DNA of 29,506 nucleotides from Tolypothrix carrinoi HA7290-LM1 (GCA_019358935.1 JAHHIK010000098.1:1-29506); one strand, 5' to 3'. Numbered from the stretch's first letter, positions 21,812 through 28,470 are shown. Made by a program: numbers and translations. Notes: a model not told the origin generated them from the sequence alone.

Positions 21812-22570
21812 ATGGCTAATCCTCATTCAGAATTAGTTGAGCTATTTTTACATCTGAAAGCACCATTTGCTGCATTTCGACCCTTTCAATCTGGTTCTTA
21901 TCGTTCGACAACAGCAGTACCATCACCTTCAACTGTGTATGGCTTAATACTCAATTTAGCCGGGATTGAACAGCGGAAAGAATTAGCTGCTCCTGTGACG
22001 CTTATCAAAGAAGATTTGCCAGAAATAGAAATTGCAATCGGGCAAGTTTCCCAGCCAGAAATAGCATTTCTTTCTCAGCAATTACATCAATATCCAGTCG
22101 GTGCATCCGGTGCAGAATTGGCGCAAAAGACATACGGTGCAAAGTATTGGATAGCTCCAGTGCGACGAGCAGTGTTAGTGAATCTAGATTTAATTGTGGG
22201 TGTACGGGCAGAAAAATGGTTGTGCGATCGCCTCGATTGGGTTCGGGTTCCAGACCTGACATATGTATCCTACAATCGTCTTGCTGTGGATTGGTTTGCA
22301 GATGAGGCTTGTCCTGTAATACCCGAATTAGCCATCGAAATTATTTCCCCTGGTCAAACTTTTGGCGAGATGACCGAAAAAGCAACTAACTATCTTAAAG
22401 CTGGTGTCTCTCGTGTTTGGGTTGTGGATACTAAAGCCAAGACTATCACGATTTTCTATCCCGATGCCCCACCTCAAACCAAACGAGGTGAAGATTCTTT
22501 AGAAGATTCGCTGTTTGAAAAGTTGCAAATTACACCCCAAGCAATCTTTCAACAAGCAGGAATTCCTTAA
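21812..22570 (+). CDS. cas5: Chimeric ORF: Cas5/DevS N-terminal ~140 aa fused in frame to the C-terminal part of a Uma2 endonuclease
   Basis: APFAAFRPFQSGSYRST..PSPSTVYGLILNLAG, QQLH.YPVG, K..IAPVRR (Cas5), then VPDLTYV..PELAIEIISP..KATNYLKAGVSRVWVVD (Uma2); junction at HIP1 22224-22231. Confidence 0.85.
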   Translation: MANPHSELVELFLHLKAPFAAFRPFQSGSYRSTTAVPSPSTVYGLILNLAGIEQRKELAAPVTLIKEDLPEIEIAIGQVSQPEIAFLSQQLHQYPVGASGAELAQKTYGAKYWIAPVRRAVLVNLDLIVGVRAEKWLCDRLDWVRVPDLTYVSYNRLAVDWFADEACPVIPELAIEIISPGQTFGEMTEKATNYLKAGVSRVWVVDTKAKTITIFYPDAPPQTKRGEDSLEDSLFEKLQITPQAIFQQAGIP

Positions 22571-22574
22571 AATA

Positions 22575-22668
22575 CAGGACTTACGCAAAAATTCTCTCTC
22601 TTCCTCATTCCTCTGTGAACTCTGCGTTCTCTGCGGTTCGTTTTTCCATGACAAGTGCGTAAGTCCTA
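22575..22668. repeat. MITE-like repeat with terminal inverted repeats
   Basis: CAGGACTTACGCA...TGCGTAAGTCCTA. Confidence 0.8.
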
Positions 22669-22670
22669 AA

Positions 22671-22706
22671 ATAGTATTTCCTCTGATGTCGTAAGGCGTA
22701 AAAATT
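22671..22706 (+). CRISPR. Single degenerate type I-B (I-MYXAN)-like CRISPR repeat; no array
   Basis: TGATGTCGTAAGGCGT (22684-22699) matches the remembered core TGATGCCGTAAGGCGT(TGAGCAC) at 15/16 positions; the 3' handle is missing; it lies just downstream of the cas genes in the same orientation. Confidence 0.6.
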
Positions 22707-22721
22707 ACAACTTCACTCTAG

Positions 22722-22922
22722 TTACTCCGTTCTCTTGTCCCGTTGAGTTGGATCTACTAAGTTGGCTTTTTTAACTTCTGGCTCGTAACCGCAGTTAACG
22801 CAGTGGAACAAGCGAACCCGCACTTCTTCTAAGTTGGCACGTAAGATCCAATACGGGAATAGTCCGTAAGCGTTACAGCCACAATTAGGGCAAGTGGAAA
22901 AAGAATCGTTTCTGTTAGTCAC
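22722..22922 (-). CDS. Small zinc-ribbon protein
   Basis: CPNC..CVNC; GTG start overlaps the recombinase stop (GTGA). Confidence 0.6.
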   Translation of the reverse strand: MTNRNDSFSTCPNCGCNAYGLFPYWILRANLEEVRVRLFHCVNCGYEPEVKKANLVDPTQRDKRTE

Positions 22923-24119
22923 TGTACAATTGCTTTTACCAATTCCTTAAATAGTAACTTTGCAGCTTTGGCACTAATGCGCGATCGCACTAATCGAACC
23001 GGACGACCGGCAGTTTTTTCAGCATCCAACTGAGAACCCAGAATTGCACCAATCTCATTATCAAGGCGGCAGCGCTTAACCTCGATGCGGGTGAAAACCC
23101 ATTGCCAGAAAGCAATACGGCACAAATCAGAACCACCGACAATTTTAATTTTAGTTTTATCGCCTGATGCTTCTAGGGAAGGTGCAAGCCCCAAGGACTT
23201 CTGAAAGCGGCGTAGTGACAGGTAGCGTTTTGTGGGCTTTCCAGACTTTCGACCCTTGCTAATTCTTACCTCTGGCTTACCGTCAGCACCAAAGTAATTT
23301 TCTAACGGGTAAATTTGACTGAGGATAATTGCCTCTAATCGCAACCCGAAACCAAAGGTTTTAAATACCTGGCGATAAGCCGTAAATTTCGGAGCGGTCA
23401 AAAGCTGCTGTAGTTCGACCTCAATACTGTGTTCTTCTCGCTGTAAGTCACATAAACGTCTTGCGTGATGCCGAACTGTTTCAGTAATGTCCAATCCAGC
23501 AGAGCGATCTAATATCGCGTCGTATCGTTTGATGAATGCGTTCCCCACACAACCACCCCCACAATAAGGGCACGTCACCATCAATTGCCCGTCGAGAATT
23601 TACGTGTGCGACTTCTGGGAATTGCCAAGCTAAGTCTTGACGCAAACGATTGATAATTGGCGATTGCACCCGGTTGAGGTGAGCAAGTCGCAACACCAAT
23701 TCTCTAATGCGGGTTGTGGTGAAATCGCGAATTTGTACAAAGCGCCTGGGGGAATCGAAATAGTCAAAGTAGTAACAGGCGAGTGCTAGTGCGTCGGCAT
23801 CGTCATCTTTGTCGGGCAGACTTAATTGGTGTTCCCGGTAATTTCTCAACTCTTTGTGTCCCACAAGTCTGACCTCGACCCCGGTACGAGCCAAGTGTGT
23901 TCCCCAAAGTTTTGAGTAATTTACACCAGTCGGCTCCATGAGTGCAATATCAGGATGCAGCGCCAGCAGTGCTTTTATTCCCTCGCTGTTGGCGCTAAAC
24001 GACATGAACGGACATTCATAGTAAAATTGACGAGGATCGCTTGGCTTGCTTTCGAGCAAGCACGCTCTAACTGAGGACTTGCTAATATCAAGCCCCAAAA
24101 TTCTTTTATTCTCTTGCAT
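22919..24119 (-). pseudogene. IS110-family (DEDD RuvC + Ser-containing Tnp domain) recombinase, single frameshift near 23530-23545
   Basis: GLDISK, MEPTG, KDDDADA (DEDD), NRLRQDLAWQFPE coiled coil; second frame has FGFGL and LGLAPSLEASG (catalytic-Ser motif). Confidence 0.88.
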
Positions 24120-24155
24120 TGGGTGTGGTTGTTGGTTATTAACCCCGTATAAAAA

Positions 24156-24352
24156 GCCTGCGAATCACCCAAAAGCACGTAGCCTAACTCACTCTTAAGG
24201 CTGCGTCAAAACGGGACCTTGACGCTACGAGGCAAGCTGTAGAAAGTGCAGTAACCGAGCTTGTGAAAAGGTAAAAGCAGTAATGCTTGATTCGTCCTGA
24301 AAGCCCTAAGTTGCTGCACTGTTTACAGGCGAATGATTTGGACTCGATCCGC
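24156..24352 (-). ncRNA. Structured ncRNA upstream of the IS110 recombinase, bridge-RNA-like
   Basis: Minus-strand stems AGTGCAGCAAC/GTTACTGCACT, GGGCTT/AAGCTC, AAGC/GCTT enclosing a 12x12 internal loop; CGTAGC/GCTACG, GCGTCAA/TTGACGC; closing AATCATTC/GGGTGATT. Confidence 0.65.
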
Positions 24353-24412
24353 GACTCCCCAGTGTGGGGAGTTTCGCCGGTGAGTTAGTCCGGCTCGTCA
24401 GGCCTAAAAATC
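24335..24412 (-). ncRNA. Hammerhead ribozyme (type I topology)
   Basis: CUGACGA (24401-24395), stem II GCCGG/CCGGC, GAAA (24375-24372), stem III CUCCCC/GGGGAG, GUC cleavage triplet (24355-24353); stem I is 2 bp plus an internal loop plus GAUUU/AAAUC. Confidence 0.88.
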
Positions 24413-24808
24413 GTCATCATCGTCATCATCGTCATCGTCATCGTCATCCTCTTCTGTGATGACCTCGGACTGTACAGTTACAGCAGTTAGCAAGTTCCGA
24501 AACTGAGGCATTGATGGCGCTTCTGGGTTTAGTCCTTGGGCTTTTAAGAAGTCGGCTGTCGCGTCCCACTCCTTACGTAGCTTGTCTAATTTTTCTTCTA
24601 AACGTTCGCATTCGCGGGCATGTTTTCTTGCATTGTCGTAAAATTCCTGTGCTGTTGGTCCGACGATGCTTTTTGCTTTTTCTCTCAATCGGACGACCAC
24701 AGATTCAACTGTTTCTTTTTCATCCAATTCAACAGAAAAACCGATTCTTTCGTTGTTGTAGCTACCAGTTGAAATTAGAAAATGTGCGTGTAGGCGTTTA
24801 ATTTTCAT
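24404..24808 (-). CDS. Hypothetical coiled-coil protein with poly-Asp C-terminal tail
   Basis: ATG at 24808 (MKIKRLHAHF..); the upstream extension in the ORF track overlaps the ATPase gene and a structured spacer. Confidence 0.7.
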   Translation of the reverse strand: MKIKRLHAHFLISTGSYNNERIGFSVELDEKETVESVVVRLREKAKSIVGPTAQEFYDNARKHARECERLEEKLDKLRKEWDATADFLKAQGLNPEAPSMPQFRNLLTAVTVQSEVITEEDDDDDDDDDDDDDF

Positions 24809-24911
24809 GGTGGTGATAAAATACTTCCGTCTGAGTTGTCGGAAGCGATGCCGAGTACGGCAACGTTTCGCGATCGCGCTCTGTGTGTGCAGAGTGCGAT
24901 CGCACTCCTCA

Positions 24912-26072
24912 TTATCCAAGCTTGCGCCGCAACTTCTCCAGCACGGTTTTACCTTCTGAGTAGCGTTTCCCGGTGAAACCGAGAATCTCAGTGACAATAT
25001 CGCTATCGGACTTTTCGGCTCCAAATCGCTGGATCATCCGCCAAAGTAGCTTGTCAGCGTCGGAACAATTTTCCTCCAAATCCGCCTCGGAAGCGGTTTT
25101 TAGGGCATTTTCTGGAGCATTTTGGGGCTGGATCGCGTTGTCACTACTTGGTGCTAGCATGGTTGAACCATGCCGGGATGATGCTGTCTTCATTTCCCTG
25201 TAACTTGGGAGTTTACAAGGACTATCGTCGAGCAGACAGTGCGACCGGTCTTGTTTTAACCAGTCAACAAGGTCGTTATTTTTCAAGGATTTGGCGTGGA
25301 TGAGCGCTTTTTTCCCCAGTCTTATGCGGTAAAAAGCGTCTGCCAAATCTGATTTACCCTCAAGTCCCCAAGCCGCTACTCGGTCATACTGCGAGAGTAA
25401 AACTGTAAACCGCCGCGCTTTACGACCTCTGCGGGCGTGACGCTCCAGCCATTCCCCAGACGAGGGGACTTTAGAAACCAGTTCCGGGTACTCCTCAACG
25501 ATAATTACCCGTTCTGTACCGTCTAACGCGCTGTCACCGCGCTCATTACGGGTTTTCATTTGTTTGGATAAATCCTCCAAATCTGACAACATTCCGCGCT
25601 CGATAGCCGCCCAATCCTCGCCTTTACCAACTACTTCAAGTCCCAGCCAGTCAGTAGGTGTACCCTCGCATTCGTATACCTTGACACGTCCGCCAACGGT
25701 GTAAGCTAGGTACTGAGCAATGGTTGACTTGCCTGTCCCCATCTCCCCAATCACCATTACTTGTTTGCCTTCAGTGGCGGCAACGAGATCGGTGATGATG
25801 TCGAGCGGTTCAGTGACGGTCGTTGCAGCGACATCGATGATGTTTTGCACTTCGGCACCCATATAGGGAAGCTGATCGTAAACTTTAAGCAGGTGCAAGG
25901 TGGTTTGACGTGTCATTTCGCACACGCCGATAGTCACTTTGCAGGCGATCGTAATGCCATGCAACCCAAATAACCATCCAGATAACATTACTCTCCCAGT
26001 TCCCCAAAGTGCGTATTTGGCAATTTCTTTGGGGCTTGGGAGGCGCATCGGTACCCAGTAATTATCTGCCAT
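24912..26072 (-). CDS. P-loop ATPase with N-terminal hydrophobic segment (FtsK/HerA/coupling-protein-like)
   Basis: Walker A GEMGTGKS, Walker B VIIVEE, RRGRK, LLSQ. Confidence 0.75.
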   Translation of the reverse strand: MADNYWVPMRLPSPKEIAKYALWGTGRVMLSGWLFGLHGITIACKVTIGVCEMTRQTTLHLLKVYDQLPYMGAEVQNIIDVAATTVTEPLDIITDLVAATEGKQVMVIGEMGTGKSTIAQYLAYTVGGRVKVYECEGTPTDWLGLEVVGKGEDWAAIERGMLSDLEDLSKQMKTRNERGDSALDGTERVIIVEEYPELVSKVPSSGEWLERHARRGRKARRFTVLLSQYDRVAAWGLEGKSDLADAFYRIRLGKKALIHAKSLKNNDLVDWLKQDRSHCLLDDSPCKLPSYREMKTASSRHGSTMLAPSSDNAIQPQNAPENALKTASEADLEENCSDADKLLWRMIQRFGAEKSDSDIVTEILGFTGKRYSEGKTVLEKLRRKLG

Positions 26073-26217
26073 AAAGTACCCCCTCTTTAAATGCCCGAAA
26101 ATCAGAGTTACATTGCGAAAGTGCTATTTGTAACTCAGCATTTTTGATGTGCAGCCAGATGGCGACGCCGAGCGCCGCCACTCCTAAAAATATGGGTGTA
26201 GCGTCGCTTTCTTTCAT
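26062..26217 (-). CDS. Small membrane protein, 51 aa (not in ORF track)
   Basis: MKESDATPIFLGVAALGVAIWLHIKNAELQ..GVLYGR; ATGA overlap upstream; contains GAGGGG RBS for the ATPase. Confidence 0.65.
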   Translation of the reverse strand: MKESDATPIFLGVAALGVAIWLHIKNAELQIALSQCNSDFRAFKEGVLYGR

Positions 26218-26390
26218 TCGTCGTTGACTTGCCCCTCAAGCCGAATTCTGGTTACTTCAACTTCAATGATTTCGGTGAGTTGCTCCAAGCCGATTTGCAA
26301 GTTTTCACGGGTGCTATCGTCAATGACGATCGGCGTGATTCCCATTGCTTCCCAAAAAGTTAGCTCTAGTGGATTTTTTTCTGGTTTCAT
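26214..26390 (-). CDS. Hypothetical protein, 58 aa (not in ORF track)
   Basis: MKPEKNPLELTFWEAMG..GQVNDE; ATGA overlaps at both ends. Confidence 0.65.
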   Translation of the reverse strand: MKPEKNPLELTFWEAMGITPIVIDDSTRENLQIGLEQLTEIIEVEVTRIRLEGQVNDE

Positions 26391-26593
26391 TCGTCGTTGC
26401 CTCTAGATTGGAGATATGGCAGCACTTGATTGATGATTTCCTGGTCTTGGGGTGTACGTCCCAAGTTAGGCGCTCCGGCTTCATCGGTGGCGATGATGGC
26501 AGCAGCTTTATATGTCAAGTCTTCGGGTACACCGCTTTCTTCACAGGCTCTTACAGTTGCACCCCAAAGGTTTGGGTCAAAAGATTTACTCAT
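26387..26593 (-). CDS. Hypothetical protein
   Basis: ATGA-coupled to both neighbours. Confidence 0.7.
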   Translation of the reverse strand: MSKSFDPNLWGATVRACEESGVPEDLTYKAAAIIATDEAGAPNLGRTPQDQEIINQVLPYLQSRGNDE

Positions 26594-26799
26594 CCGCCAA
26601 TCCTCCGATATATAAAAGTATTAGAGGCTGTAGATTCAGTAACTTTAATGTCCGCTTCATCCATGCTGGCGATAATGTCTGCCGTGCCGGTTGTGTCGTG
26701 CCGAATACTTTTTTCAATCATTGCGCCTAAACCGGGACGTGCAGCGTCAAATACCTCAATTACTTTTTGCTCTTTACTTGTAAGCGGTTTTTCTGACAT
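26590..26799 (-). CDS. Hypothetical protein
   Basis: Strong RBS TAAGGAG upstream; coupled downstream. Confidence 0.72.
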   Translation of the reverse strand: MSEKPLTSKEQKVIEVFDAARPGLGAMIEKSIRHDTTGTADIIASMDEADIKVTESTASNTFIYRRIGG

Positions 26800-26909
26800 T
26801 ATTGAATTGCTCCTTATTTTTATTTGGGGTCGAAACTTAGTATCCCCGTTACGGTTACTGAGTTTCGGGTTTTTACACTTTGAGAAAGCGATCGCACGGA
26901 AAGCGTAAT

Positions 26910-27164
26910 CTAAGCGATCGCTTTTTCATTGATGGTCAAATCTTCCAAAATATAAGTGGCAACAGTGGTTGCTAATTCCAGCAAGCCTGCGTCATCCATT
27001 TCGCAGTCAAGAATTGTTTGATGGGGAATATCGTTAAAGCCCCACTCCTTCCACTGATACTCAATTGTGGTTTTTTCGCGGATGGCTAAGAAAATTAAAC
27101 AGCCCAATCCGGTTAACTGGACGTGGTTTAGCTCGGTGAGGATTTCTTCGTGTTCTTCATTCAT
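26910..27164 (-). CDS. Hypothetical acidic protein
   Basis: ATG at 27164 overlaps the upstream stop (ATGA). Confidence 0.65.
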   Translation of the reverse strand: MNEEHEEILTELNHVQLTGLGCLIFLAIREKTTIEYQWKEWGFNDIPHQTILDCEMDDAGLLELATTVATYILEDLTINEKAIA

Positions 27165-27508
27165 GGTGCTGGTGTGTAGTGGTTTGAAAGTGAAACTCGG
27201 TAGCAACGTCCGCCGCCAACCATCAAAACCTCTCGGTCAGATAATCGCACAGCTTTCGAGCGAGAAACTTTCATCATGGGAAAGGAGCCATCGGGAGAGA
27301 GGCTGAAAAGTTCGTAGTTTTTTAAAAAGCTCCATTCGACAGGGGTTTTATCTGAAAGTCCGCTATAAGCCACAACTGTCATCTCAGTGGCAGATGTTGC
27401 GCTGGGTAAAGAGGGCAAATGACGGCGCTGTTTAGTGTCTTTGGTGGCTTTATTCCCAGGTTGTGACTGGGTTTTAGTGCCATTACTGTTGGTTTCTAGT
27501 GCTTCCAT
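27161..27508 (-). CDS. Hypothetical protein
   Basis: ATG-initiated 115-aa ORF co-oriented in the operon. Confidence 0.7.
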   Translation of the reverse strand: MEALETNSNGTKTQSQPGNKATKDTKQRRHLPSLPSATSATEMTVVAYSGLSDKTPVEWSFLKNYELFSLSPDGSFPMMKVSRSKAVRLSDREVLMVGGGRCYRVSLSNHYTPAP

Positions 27509-27543
27509 AGTTGGGTTTTAATCCCCTATTAAGGGCGATAAAA

Positions 27544-27822
27544 TTATTCTGTTTTAAGAGGCAGTAATGTCTGAAAGTGCCCAACGGTGGACTGTTCAGC
27601 CTCGTGAATCAGGGTGTTGATTATCAATTGCACAAGTTTTAGGCGCTCGTAATCAGTCAATGTTCCCAGGTAGTCCAACACTTCATCGTCAAGGTAGAAA
27701 AATAGCTCGTCTGACAATCCCTGAAAGTCATCGTCTGGAAACATCAAGCTACGGGAGAGTAGCTCTACAACTGACAATAAGTGGTCACGATTAAGCGTTC
27801 TTATTAGTTCTTGGTTGTTCAT
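27544..27822 (-). CDS. Hypothetical protein
   Basis: ATG at 27822 (MNNQELIRT..), acidic helical composition. Confidence 0.6.
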   Translation of the reverse strand: MNNQELIRTLNRDHLLSVVELLSRSLMFPDDDFQGLSDELFFYLDDEVLDYLGTLTDYERLKLVQLIINTLIHEAEQSTVGHFQTLLPLKTE

Positions 27823-27967
27823 CGCTAGATTCTGGTACTGCTTGTTGGGCTTCAAGTTCTGGCTCTTCTTCGTAGCATTTAGGGTTGCAAGCCTCCTGTA
27901 TGTGACCAATCTCTTGGAGATAACAAATATCGCATTCAAAGCAAATTCCCTTGGAGCTACTCATCAT
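27791..27967 (-). CDS. Small Cys-rich protein, 58 aa (not in ORF track)
   Basis: MMSSSKGICFECDICYLQEIGHIQEACNPKCYEEEPE..; GAGGA immediately upstream. Confidence 0.45.
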   Translation of the reverse strand: MMSSSKGICFECDICYLQEIGHIQEACNPKCYEEEPELEAQQAVPESSDEQPRTNKNA

Positions 27968-28164
27968 TCCTCAAGTTGGTTGGGTTGTTGGGGCGCAAAT
28001 CTCACTCGTTCAACTGCTAGCAGGTCTTTTACTTGCACTACTTGGCTTGCAGGCTGCTATCTCTGCTTGGTTTGCAGTTGGGGGAGTGTGGTAATGAAAA
28101 ATTAAATAAGGGCAGGCATCTTCACGGCGTCACTGTTTTGATGCCTGTTTTTTAGTTCCATCTG

Positions 28165-28213
28165 CTAGGCAATATAACTAGTATTTTTACTAGGAAATTT
28201 GCTTAGTTATAAT
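28165..28213. promoter_or_regulatory. Divergent promoter/operator region
   Basis: CTAG at 28165, 28178, 28190 and TTAG at 28203 (12-13 nt period); CTAGTA-TTTT-TACTAG palindrome; TATAAT at 28208-28213. Confidence 0.55.
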
Positions 28214-28216
28214 GCT

Positions 28217-28465
28217 ATGGTAAGAAAGAGAAAGAGTCAACCCCATTTACCTGAGGAAAACGTGGTGCCGCTAAAGGCTTTGCGTGAGGAGCTTAACATG
28301 ACCCAAGCTGAGTTTGCTGTAACTATCGGCATTGATCCATCTACGGTAAGCCGTTGCGAAAGAGGGATTGCCGAGCCAACTTTTACAGTCTTACAAATGA
28401 AGAAGCTGTGCAAGCTCACTGGGAAAGATGTTTTGGATTTTCCCGATCACCTAGGTAAATCCTAA
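28217..28465 (+). CDS. XRE-family HTH transcriptional regulator
   Basis: LKALREELNMTQAEFAVTIGIDPSTVSRCERGIAEP. Confidence 0.92.
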   Translation: MVRKRKSQPHLPEENVVPLKALREELNMTQAEFAVTIGIDPSTVSRCERGIAEPTFTVLQMKKLCKLTGKDVLDFPDHLGKS

Positions 28466-28470
28466 ATAAC

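Noticed and set aside
17560..22706. Type I-B CRISPR-associated transposon (CAST)
   Set aside because: No tnsA/B/C/D or tniQ in the window; a cas3 remnant is present and cas8/cas5 are broken, which fits decay of a canonical system.
22706..22717. Similarity of TTACAACTTCAC at the element edge to the right loop TTACCTTTTCAC
   Set aside because: 9/12 with central mismatches and no matching left half; insufficient.
24294..24299. Left guide (CAGGAC) targeting the CAGGACTTACGC MITE ends
   Set aside because: Only a 6-nt match and the right guide does not fit; chance level.
24120..24403. TIGR-Tas-style tandem guide array next to the IS110/Nop-related gene
   Set aside because: No periodic ~36-nt units; the protein keeps the IS110 catalytic Ser motif.
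26828..26870. Third hammerhead (CGAAAC hairpin upstream of 26799)
   Set aside because: Simple hairpin; no CUGANGA or stem II upstream.
26345..26908. 187-aa plus-strand ORF and other antisense ORFs across the window
   Set aside because: Shadows of coupled or well-recognised genes on the opposite strand.
27964..28160. First gene of the leftward operon
   Set aside because: The frame from ATG 28160 has stops; possibly a degraded gene, but I cannot assign it.
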